From a virus (taxonomy: Duplodnaviria; Caudoviricetes), in the IMG/VR virus record IMGVR_UViG_3300032247_001862, positions 1 through 36,839 of that record: 36,839 nucleotides of DNA. One strand, 5' to 3'. A program made the translations under genes and the position numbers. Shown here piece after piece: positions 17,172-27,700 of the stretch (its first letter is position 1; each line of letters opens with the position of its first letter). A model generated the notes under the pieces. The model was not told where the DNA came from and did not search any database. It was given only the letters and a program-made list of their open reading frames with translations.

Positions 17172-18187
17172 ACAGCAAAGTTTTTTTTGTTGGCAGTACA
17201 GAAAGTGTAGGATGTACTTTTCTGGATTGGAGTATTCATTACCTGGCAGGAAGAACCACATTTTACAATGTTAAACAAGGACTAATCGACTTGGTCGACA
17301 ATCCAGTCAAAGCATTCAATGCTCACCTACATCTCAAAAACCATCCGCTTGGTCTTGCAGGATCAATTGAAGCAATCAAGGTATTGCAAGCAAATACAGA
17401 TTTTGGATCATTTTACCCATATATGCATATAAAGTCGTCCAAGGAAGATACCCCCGATATTAGAAAACAGGTTAGAAAAAAAATACAAAAAGAATATTGT
17501 GAAATTTGGAATTACTGTCATAACAATCAAATACCCTTGATATATGTTTCTTTAAACGATTACCCCTTATACACTATCTCCGGTCGACGAATATTTATAT
17601 CCGATTTTTATTCCACCGATCATGTGTACGATTATCCAGACCAGTATTTTGATGAATTGCTAGAATTTTATTTTGGCAATGACATAGCATCTTATAAAAA
17701 TTATAACATTTGGGACAAACGAGAATTATTGGCAATTAATTTACACCCCCAACAGATGTTTAGCGACTGGCGTGAAATTGGCCTGGATCTGACTGTTGAT
17801 CATAAATTCATAAATGCTCAACAGCTCTGGACATTTGGTGAAGATGTTGTACTTGAATGTTTGGAGTATTTGGGCATGCCATTGGTATCCGACCGACTGC
17901 CACAGTGGCGTGTTGCATACAGAGATTGGCAACAAGAACAAAAAAGACTTCTAAAATTTGTATACGATGCCGAGCACATTGTGGAATCTGTTGTTAATAA
18001 TTTTGATTTTGATCTTCGTCCTTACAATTTAACATTGATACAAGAATCGGTAATACAGCATTTGCTAATTTACAAACACAATGTTACAATTAAAAACTGG
18101 CAACTGGTCAAGTTTCCAGACAACGCCAGAGACTTACACAAACTGCTAGAACCAAATTTTCATCCAGTAAAGAATCTATACAAATGA
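17168..18187 (+). CDS. hypothetical protein, possibly sulfotransferase-fold
   Basis: AT-rich 339-aa ORF with N-terminal STESVGCTFLDWS loop; ATGA overlaps on both sides. Confidence 0.6.
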   Translation: MNSKVFFVGSTESVGCTFLDWSIHYLAGRTTFYNVKQGLIDLVDNPVKAFNAHLHLKNHPLGLAGSIEAIKVLQANTDFGSFYPYMHIKSSKEDTPDIRKQVRKKIQKEYCEIWNYCHNNQIPLIYVSLNDYPLYTISGRRIFISDFYSTDHVYDYPDQYFDELLEFYFGNDIASYKNYNIWDKRELLAINLHPQQMFSDWREIGLDLTVDHKFINAQQLWTFGEDVVLECLEYLGMPLVSDRLPQWRVAYRDWQQEQKRLLKFVYDAEHIVESVVNNFDFDLRPYNLTLIQESVIQHLLIYKHNVTIKNWQLVKFPDNARDLHKLLEPNFHPVKNLYK

Positions 18188-19113
18188 AACAATATTTAGA
18201 TGCATTACAACAAGTACTTGATCATGGCCAACAGGTCACTGACCGTACTGGCACCGGTACCGTTAGTTTATTTGGTATGCAACAACGATATGATCTTGGC
18301 ACAGGGTTTCCTGCTGTTACTACCAAGAAGCTGGCATGGAAAGCTGTAGTTAGTGAACTACTTTGGTTTATAGAAGGCAGTGGAGACGAAGGACGATTAA
18401 GAGAAATCTTATACGGCGATAGAGAGGCTCGAACTGATCACGGCATCTTTAAGAAAACCATATGGAGCGATAATGCTACTGCTCCTTACTGGGCACCCGA
18501 AGCAAAGTATGAAGGCGACTTGGGTCGTGTGTACGGAGTACAGTGGCGCAAATGGCGCACACCAGAAGTGATTGAGGGCGGTAGCTTCACCAACGATTTT
18601 GGACACACATTCAGTCTCAAAGGTGGAGTCAGTATCAAAGAGGTCGACCAACTAACTAATCTAATAGATGGTATACGAACAGACCCACACGGACGAAGAC
18701 ATATCATATCTGCATGGAACCCAGGCGAATTAGCGGCCATGGCCCTGCCACCGTGTCATTTACTGGCCCAATTTTATGTAAGAGAGGGTCGATTGAGTTG
18801 CCAAATGTATCAAAGAAGTTGTGACATGTTCCTTGGCGTCCCATTTAACATTGCAAGTTATAGTCTATTGACCCACTTGATTGCTCAAGTGTGCAATTTA
18901 GAGGTAGGCGAGTTTGTTCACGTGCTCGGCGACGCACACATATACATGAATCACATAGAGCAGGTAAAGGAACAATTGACACGTGAACCATTGCCTGCGC
19001 CAACTCTCTGGTTAAATCCAGACATTCGAGACATCACTCGATTTACCATGGCAGACATTCGTCTTGACGGTTATACCAGCCACGATGCAATTCAAGCCAC
19101 CATGGCTGTATGA
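18184..19113 (+). CDS. thyA: thymidylate synthase
   Basis: DRTGTGT, ELLWF, YGVQWR, LPPCH, YQRSCDMFLGVPFN, DAHIY. Confidence 0.97.
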   Translation: MKQYLDALQQVLDHGQQVTDRTGTGTVSLFGMQQRYDLGTGFPAVTTKKLAWKAVVSELLWFIEGSGDEGRLREILYGDREARTDHGIFKKTIWSDNATAPYWAPEAKYEGDLGRVYGVQWRKWRTPEVIEGGSFTNDFGHTFSLKGGVSIKEVDQLTNLIDGIRTDPHGRRHIISAWNPGELAAMALPPCHLLAQFYVREGRLSCQMYQRSCDMFLGVPFNIASYSLLTHLIAQVCNLEVGEFVHVLGDAHIYMNHIEQVKEQLTREPLPAPTLWLNPDIRDITRFTMADIRLDGYTSHDAIQATMAV

Positions 19114-19739
19114 TTAAAAACCTAATAGATACTACCAAAGCTGGTACATTGATTATTACTACTCCTCGTACAGGAGCTCATTTTTTAGAACAGTTTATAT
19201 GTACCAATTTGCCAGAGTTGGTTCGACTCAGAGAGATATCTGACTATAGTCAATTGTCTGCAGGATTACAAAAAGGTCAATATTTTACTGCTATTATAAA
19301 TGATTTGCATTTTAAATTTTGGTTGCTGTCACAGTTGGAAGTATTAGAAAATTTTCATGTTGTGATATTAACAAGAAAAGATAAAGTTATGCACTGGATC
19401 AGTACCTATTTGTTTAGGCAAGGACAAAATAAAAAAATAAAATCTCCTATCCATAATGCTACCAAGAATCAAATCTATACAAATTTTATAAATGAAAATG
19501 ATCCAATAGAACTAGATCTATGTGAGATAGCAAACTGGATGTTAGAAATTGGTCTACTAGACAACGGTCTACCGTGCAATTACAAAATTGACTATTCACA
19601 GTTAATTGATTTGTATCCAGGCCAACAAGCGTGGACACCCAATGATTATCAAGGCATTGGACTTGATACATTGTTTATCAATCACGAAAAGATTGAATAT
19701 TTGCTAAAAAATTGTATAATTGAAAATATCCGCAAATGA
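19110..19739 (+). CDS. putative sulfotransferase (Stf0-like)
   Basis: TTPRTGAHFL 5'-PSB-like loop and LTRKD...IS 3'-PB-like motif. Confidence 0.6.
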   Translation: MIKNLIDTTKAGTLIITTPRTGAHFLEQFICTNLPELVRLREISDYSQLSAGLQKGQYFTAIINDLHFKFWLLSQLEVLENFHVVILTRKDKVMHWISTYLFRQGQNKKIKSPIHNATKNQIYTNFINENDPIELDLCEIANWMLEIGLLDNGLPCNYKIDYSQLIDLYPGQQAWTPNDYQGIGLDTLFINHEKIEYLLKNCIIENIRK

Positions 19740-20701
19740 AATTTATAGTAACAGGTGGTGCTGGTTTTATAGGGCACAATGTGGTTCAATTGCTCGAGTC
19801 TGAAGGGCACGATTGCTTTATCATTGACTCGGTCACTGACTATGGGTTTGTTCCTGAAGAGGAACTGAGATACCTGTTTGCAGAAAGAAACAATCGCATA
19901 CGTGCAGGTGTACATCATGTTGACATTAGAGATCACAAAGGTGTATCTGATTTTTTCAATACTTTTGCTGATGCGGATGCTGTGATACATCTTGCCAGTT
20001 TTCCTAGACAAAAAGTTGTCAGTGCCAATCCTGTTTGGGGGTCTGATGTGATGAGCACCGGGCTAGTAAACCTACTGGAACTGACAAAGCAGTATCGTAT
20101 ACCAAAATTTGTGTATGTGAGCTCAAGCATGGTATATGGTGATTTTGATAATGATGTGCAAGAACACCATGATTGTCAACCACAAGGCCAATATGGCATA
20201 ATGAAATTAATGGGAGAGAACCTTGTTAAAGACTATACTCGTCGTGGCTGTTTCAATCATGTTATCGTACGTCCCAGTGCTGTTTATGGCCCATATGACG
20301 TTGAGGACCGAGTTGTATCAAAATTTATGCTCACAGCCTTGCGAGGAGGCACTCTCAAGGTTAATGGGGCAGGGGAATCACTAGACTTTACACATGTCAG
20401 TGACACTGCCGCAGGAATAGTACAGGCCACCTTGATAGAAGATGCAGTAAATCGTACCTATAACATAACCCGTTCTCAAGCACGTAGTCTGTTGAGTGCG
20501 GCCCAATTGGTAGTAGACATTGTGGGACAAGGCAATATTGTGATAGGTGACAAGGACGAAAACTTTCCCAGTCGCGGATCACTCAACATTGACGCCGCAC
20601 GTGAGGCATTTGGGTTTGACCCGCAGGTCAACATCGAGCAAGGGTTTGAACAATATTATCGTTGGTTTAAAGAAAGCTCATATTGGCAAGCAAAAATATA
20701 A
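19736..20701 (+). CDS. NAD-dependent NDP-sugar epimerase/dehydratase
   Basis: TGGAGFIG, IHLAS, SSSMVYG, YGIMK (YxxxK), VYGP, DFTHVSD. Confidence 0.92.
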   Translation: MKFIVTGGAGFIGHNVVQLLESEGHDCFIIDSVTDYGFVPEEELRYLFAERNNRIRAGVHHVDIRDHKGVSDFFNTFADADAVIHLASFPRQKVVSANPVWGSDVMSTGLVNLLELTKQYRIPKFVYVSSSMVYGDFDNDVQEHHDCQPQGQYGIMKLMGENLVKDYTRRGCFNHVIVRPSAVYGPYDVEDRVVSKFMLTALRGGTLKVNGAGESLDFTHVSDTAAGIVQATLIEDAVNRTYNITRSQARSLLSAAQLVVDIVGQGNIVIGDKDENFPSRGSLNIDAAREAFGFDPQVNIEQGFEQYYRWFKESSYWQAKI

Positions 20702-21783
20702 TTCCATTCTTTGGACTAGATCGACAGTACGCCAATCTCAAGCAAGAAGTATTGGATGTGACCGATCGTGTGCTGTCCACTGGCCGTGTGCTGGATGGCA
20801 ACTATACCAAGGCATTCGAAAATGAGATAGCCAGACGCTGTGATAGACAATTTGCAATCACAGTCAACAGTTGTAGCCAAGCCATTCTCATGGCATTACA
20901 AACAATCGAATGTGGGCCCACTGGCGGCCAAGTGATTATTCCAGCAGTGAGTTTTGCAGCCACACTAAACTCTGTGATGCTGACTGAACATACTCCTGTC
21001 ATGGTCGATGTAGATCATAATGCGTTGATAGATCTAGAAACTATGGCCGAGTCTATCAATGATCAATCCATTGTTGCCATCATGTATGTTAATCTGTTTG
21101 GCAATGTGATCAACTACGATCGATTCAAGGTATTAACTGAGTTTTTTGGCCGGTCTCCGTTGATTATCGAAGATGCCGCACAGAGTTTTGGTGCAAGTTA
21201 TCGAGGCATTCCCAGCGGCAAGTTGGGTGATGTCAGTGTGCTGAGTTTTGATCCTACCAAGAACTTACCCAACTACGGATCAGGCGGCATGATTTTAACA
21301 GACAACGAGACACTGGCGGAAAGTTTTCAAGACCTCAAAGACAACGGCAAACGGTCTGACCACTATTATCCAGGTACCAACAGCAAAATGAGCGAAGTAG
21401 ATTGTGCTACCATGATGGTCAAACTCAACTATTTTGATGCTTGGCAACGGCGTAGAACTGCCATTGCCGATTATTACATAGAACAACTGTACCCCTATGT
21501 GGACATTGTGTTGCCCAATGAAGGTGTAACACATGCCTGGCACAAGTTTGTATTACGTGCAGACAGCCGTAGTATATTACACGGTCATTTGTCAAACGAA
21601 GGCATTGAAACCAAAGTTCATTACGAAAAAGCACTGAGCGATTTGCCGTTGTACTCCTCGCTTGACACCTATTACAATGCCGAAGAATTTTGCAAGAAAA
21701 GTCTGAGCCTTCCTATCTACCCCGAACTGACCGATGCCGAAGTTGAGTTTGTTGCACAATCAGTCAAAGACTTTTTTTACTAG
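20683..21783 (+). CDS. DegT/DnrJ/EryC1/StrS PLP-dependent sugar aminotransferase
   Basis: IEDAAQSFGA, SFDPTKNL..YGSGG, GTNSKM, LSLPIYP; TTG start. Confidence 0.92.
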   Translation: MASKNIIPFFGLDRQYANLKQEVLDVTDRVLSTGRVLDGNYTKAFENEIARRCDRQFAITVNSCSQAILMALQTIECGPTGGQVIIPAVSFAATLNSVMLTEHTPVMVDVDHNALIDLETMAESINDQSIVAIMYVNLFGNVINYDRFKVLTEFFGRSPLIIEDAAQSFGASYRGIPSGKLGDVSVLSFDPTKNLPNYGSGGMILTDNETLAESFQDLKDNGKRSDHYYPGTNSKMSEVDCATMMVKLNYFDAWQRRRTAIADYYIEQLYPYVDIVLPNEGVTHAWHKFVLRADSRSILHGHLSNEGIETKVHYEKALSDLPLYSSLDTYYNAEEFCKKSLSLPIYPELTDAEVEFVAQSVKDFFY

Positions 21784-24700
21784 AATATCTTTCTTGTAAC
21801 CAAGCCCACTCAAAACTCTTTTGCAATTCCACAGGGTTGCCTGCAACACTGTCGTAGAATGCCACAGCATCTCTAGCACCAGCCAAGCAATCCTCTGCAA
21901 ACGCACCTTCAGCCTGTGTTAACCAAGTCTTTAGTCGATACTCGGTTTCCAACGTGGGTTGTGTTTCAACAAACAGTTTTAGTTTGACTACCTCGCGGAA
22001 AGCGGTACGCCATGTCATCCAAGCACTTTGATTGAAATGCGCTGTACCCGACAGAATTGGCACACTCTCGTGTGCTTGACTCAAGGTAAAGTCAATGCCG
22101 GGATTGTTATTTTCCAATACCAATCTACGATTGTAAGCAATTACACCTTGGTGACCGTACTCTAATCCGTTTACAGGATTTCGTGCGTTAAAGATATAGT
22201 GTTTGGGTTCTTGGAAGTAATCGGGTGCCCAGGTGTGCCAGGGAAAGTCTGAGCCTGTCACTTCCAGTTTGGCAAATACTGCAAAGAACCAAGGAGTACG
22301 ACTGCGACGTGCGGCTTCTTGATAAGCGGCAGTTCGTCCATTTACTCCACGTACCCATTCTATGTCGGTGGTGTTGGTTTGATAACACAGATGCTCGTAC
22401 CAGCGTTGCTCGTCGGGTTCGCCGTTGCTGATGTATACTATGTCCATGCCTGGATCATCTTTGCCAACATAGTAGTCGTTAAAGCGGTGTTTGGCCGTCT
22501 CAATGTAGGGGTAATCGTAGATTTGTGTCTTCAAATCAGCCTTGATATCTCGAGGTACTAGTGCAGTGGCGCCCGATGTGCTAACACGTAAAACTGTACG
22601 GTCTTTGCGTGTCCACAAGCACGGATTGGTTGCAAGGTTCAAGTCTGCTTGATTGGTAAAGGTCACATATGGTGTTTCAAATTGATAGCTTTGTACTTCT
22701 GCAACCAAATCATCTGTGTTGTACACATGCACCGGTGTTTTGAATCGGTTGACTGTTTGATCCGTACAGTAGTTGATCACGTTAAACCAATCTAACAGTT
22801 CAAGTTCAATCATTTGTGTTTGAAACGACTCCACATGTATGTAGAATGTATCCCCACGCTCTTGTCCACCGCTGGGGAAGCAATGAATCATTTCGCGTTG
22901 CCAGGGTTCTGGTTGCCATGTAAAATCAAACTTTGCATAGTCACACACCGAGTTGATAATCCACACATACTCTGTCGTGGCCTGAGCCATGATGCGTCGG
23001 AATGTGTCCAGGTAGTTGTCTACAAATCTAGTACTGACCATGTTGCTGTTGTCGGCCAACAAACGTTCATACTGACTGCGGCTTTCAGGATTGCCATGGT
23101 CCACATAGAAAATATCAGCCACGTTTTCAGGACGAGTCACTGTTTGATCTTTTACAAAATTCAGATTGGGGAACTGTTCAAGACTTTCTGCCCACTCACT
23201 GTGACGTTCAAATTCCCACCGATTGATCAAGAATGTGTCCGACCACTTTTGATGCTGGCTAGGAAACACATGCGTCATGTAGCTTTGCCAAGGTTGTGCA
23301 TGCCATGTAAAGTCAAATTGATCGTAATTGTATTCACTGCTGATCACCCAGAACTTGCTGGTCCGTGCCTTGGTAGCACAACGGCGTATGGTGGCCATCA
23401 TGCTGTTGGCATAGCGTACTTTTTGTATCTTGGGATACTTGGCCTGCAGTCGTTCAAATCGACTTTGCGAGGCGGCATTGCTACGGTCAACAAAGAATAT
23501 GTCCAGCACATCTACCACTTTCTTTTCTTTAACACGTTGAGGAATATCACCTTCAAACTTTAGTTCAGTGGCGCCGGGCACAGTATAGGTCAAGCCAATG
23601 CTCATTTGGTGTTCGGTACCAAAGTGATGTATGTAAGGCTCATCCTTGGGATGTGGGTGCCAGGTGAAGTCAATGTTGTCTGCGTCAACTTCTTCTGGCA
23701 CATTCCACCGATCCATCATGGACAATAACTTGGCACGTGGCTCTTCCACAAATTTGCGCTCAGTGGCTCCCGGCACATGGTATTCTATTGTGCTCATCAG
23801 TTCAGCTGGATAGTGCTGATTACCAAACACATAGATATAAGGCGGATCACCTGGATCCGGACACCAGCTGGTATCAAAGTCGAAACTCAAAGGTCTAGGT
23901 ATCACCCAATTTTGTTCGGTGCGCTCTAATCGTGCTACCGGCTGGTCCATGTATTTTGTTTCTGTAGCACCTGGCACCCGATACTCCACAGTGGGCATGA
24001 TTTCTGCTGGCCACCATTGGTTGCCAAACACATACGTGTAAGGTGGGCTACCAGGATCTGGTTCCCAACTGTAATCAAATTCTACATTGTTGTAGTGTTT
24101 GACAAACTGTTCCGGGCGGCCGTGTCGTACTGCAACAGGGTGATCCATGTACTTGATATCTGTGGCTCCGCTAACAGTATACCTAACAGCTGGACGTTGT
24201 TCAGGTGCCATCCATTGATTACCAAACACATAGATATAAGCAGGTGCAGTAGGATCAGGGCGCCAACTGTAGTCGAATTCTCGAACATCATCTAATATCT
24301 CCCAATTGGTTGTATCTTGTGCCACTTGGGCAATCAAGTTTTCGATGTATTTTGTTTCTGTTGCACCCTTGACTGGATAAATCACAGTGGGTTCTATCTT
24401 GCCCGAGTTCCATTGATTACCAAACACATAGTTCATGGGCGGATCAAACGGATTGGGCTCCCACGAGTAATCAAATTCAGCCACAGTAATCTTTGTTTCA
24501 AATAGGCCAGGTTGCGGCAAACGTACAGTACGTGATGGCATGTACTTGATTTCAGTAGCACCAGGCACACAATAGCGTACACTGGCCTTGTACTCAGGAG
24601 GATTCCATTGGTTGCCGAACACATAGATATAAGGTGGGTCCAGGGGGTTAGGCACCCAAGACCAATCCCACTGCTCATGATCAATTGCCTCGCAAAGTTC

Positions 24701-27700
24701 CCAATGGTCCATGCAGTTGCCCAATTGTGCCACAGGAGCATCAACAAACTTTTGTTGTGTGGCGCCTGACACGGTGTAAGTCACTGTAGGCATGATCACG
24801 GCAGGCCAGTGTTGATTGCCGAACACATACACATAGGGTTCGGCTGTGTTGTCCGGATGCCAACTTGAGTCAAATTTGGCAACCAAATCCAGGCCAGCAA
24901 ATACCTGTGTGTTGGGCAGTCTACGATGCTGTAGATCAACATACTTGATCTCAGTAGCACCGGGCACCACATATCTTGCACCACCATTGGGTTGCCACTG
25001 AGTAGCAAACTCGTATATATAAGGCAGTTCAGTGTTGTCTGGATGCCAACTGTAGTCTACGCCTTCTACCGGGAACGACATCTCCCAATTGACACTGTCA
25101 GGCAATCTGCGTGTGGCAATGTCAACATACTTGACTTCGGTAGCACCGGGTACCACATATCTTGCACCGCCATTGGGTTGATGCTGAGTGGCAAACTCGT
25201 AGATGTAAGGCGGATCCTGTGGATCCGGGTACCAGGTGTAATCAATGCTGTCAGCATCAACCTGCTCGTGCAGTTGCCAATTGGTTCGATTGGGTGCTAG
25301 CCTTGCATAGCCGTCCATGTACTTGATCTCAGTAGCACCAGGCACACAATACTCCACTGTGGGCATTTTTTCCGCTGGCCAACGATCATTGCCCCAAACA
25401 TAAATGTAAGGCGGGTCTTTGGGGTGTGGCGCCCATGTCCAGTTAAAACTCTTGTGGTCAATGGGATATAGCACATGCCAGTTTTGTGTTGTTGACTTCA
25501 GCTGTGCTTTGATATCTATAATGTACTTGTGTTCGGTGGCACCAGGCACACAATATACGGGCCCACCTTCGTCATGCCACTGTGTGGCAAATTCGTAGAT
25601 GTAAGCAGGATCTAGCACATCCGGATGCCAGCTATAATCAAAGTAGGCCGTGGCTTCGGTGTTGGTCCACGGCGTCGTATTGGCTAATGCAGTAACACGA
25701 AATGCTTCGCACAACTTGATTTCTGTGGCGCCGGGCACTGTGTATGTCACACCCGATGCCGATTGCCACTGACTGGCAAAGTGATAGATGTAGGGTGGCG
25801 CCAACGGGTCGGGTTGCCACGACATGTCCACTGTGTTGGCATCAATGTAATTGGGCACAGTCCAATTGGTTGAGTCTGGCGCTGGCTTGACTGTAAAAGG
25901 GTTTATCAATTTGATCTCAGTAGCACCGGGCACTGTGTATGTTACACCACTGCTGGCTTGCCATTGGCTAGGAAAGTGATAGATATAAGGAGGATCAAAT
26001 GGATCCGGATGCCAGGTACGGTCAACACCCGTAATACCTGCCGGTACAGACCAGCCTGTGGTGTTTTCTTCAGTCACCGTTGCCTGGAATGGTGCAATTA
26101 GCTTGTCCTCTGTTGCGCCAGGCGTTTCATATACCACACTACCGGCACGTTGCCATTGGTCAGGGAAATGATATCTATATGCTGTTTCCAACACATCAGG
26201 GTGCCACGACCAGTCTACAGAACTGTGTTTGACAGCTCGTAATATATTCCAGTTTGCTTTATTAGCAACAGCCTTGACCACAAATGCATCACACAGTTTG
26301 ATCTCAGTGGCACCAGGCACAGCGTAGGTCACACCACTGGCTGTCTGATGTTGGCTGGCAAAGTGATAGATGTAGGGCGGTGCCAGCGGATCCGGTTGCC
26401 AGGTGTAGTCCACCGTTGACGCATCAACATAGTCGGGCACAGTCCAATGGACCTTGGAAGGTGGCGGTTTGACTTGAAATGCTGTTGAAAATTTTATGTC
26501 GCCGCCACCTTTGTTGTATACAACTCCACTGCTAGCGGACCATTGTGTGGGAAAGTGATATTCATAATCAGGGTCTAACGGGTTTGGGTGCCACGAGTAG
26601 TCAACTCCTGTTATACCAGCAGGCACCGTCCATGATTTTCTATTAGGTATGGCTTTTACAATAAAAGCATTGGTTGACTTGATCTCAGTGGCACCAGGCA
26701 CTGTATAAGTTACACCCGATGCCAATTGCCATTGGCTGGCAAAGTGATAGATGTAGGGCGGTTCCAGCGGATCCGGTTGCCAGGTGTAGTCCACGGTAGA
26801 TTCATCTATGTACACAGGCACTGACCAATTGGTTTTACTAGGTGACAGGCGTACAATAAATGCATCACACAGTTTAATTTCTGTGGCACCGGCCACGGTG
26901 TATGTTACTCCACTGCTGGCCTGCCACTGGCTGGCAAAGTGATAGATGTAGGCAGGATCTAACGGGTTCGGACGCCAAGAGTAGTCAACTCCAGTGGTAC
27001 CAGCGGGTACTGACCAATTGTCCTTGGACACCGGCATTGTGACCATAAACGCATCACACAGTTTAATTTCTGTGGCACCGGGCACAGAGTACGTGACACC
27101 AGACGCAGATTGGTACCTACTAGGGAAGTGATAGATGTAAGCAGGGTCCAGTGGATTAGGGTGCCATGAGTAGTCAACTCCAGTGGTGCCTGTAGGAACA
27201 GACCAATAGTGGTGTGTGTCAAGTGCCTTGACCACAAACGCATCACACGGTTTAATTTCAGTGGCACCAGGTACAGAGTACGTTACTCCACTGGCACTTT
27301 GATGCTGACTGGGAAAGTGATAGATGTAAGCGGGATCTAGCGGGTTAGGGTGCCAGGTGTAGTCTACAGAACTTTTTGCTATGCTGTCGGGCACTGACCA
27401 GTTGCTTTGGTTGGCCAACATCTTTACAACAAAGTCATCTACCAACCTGACATCTATGGCGCCTGGTACTGTGTATGTTACTCCACTGGCACTTTGGTGT
27501 TGACTGGGGAAGTGATAGATGTAAGCGGGATCCAGTGGATTGGGGTGCCAACTCAAATCAATTCCTGTGGCCAGTACTGGAATGTTCCAACGGTCTCGAG
27601 TTGGTGTGGCACGGGCACGTTGATCATCTACCAACTTTACGCCGGCTAAACCTTCCCAGACTGGTCCACCGGCACTTTGCCATTGTGTACCAAAGTGATA

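Noticed and set aside
17168-18187. Homing endonuclease or intron beside thyA
   Set aside because: No GIY-YIG, HNH or LAGLIDADG motif seen, and thyA and DHFR are uninterrupted.
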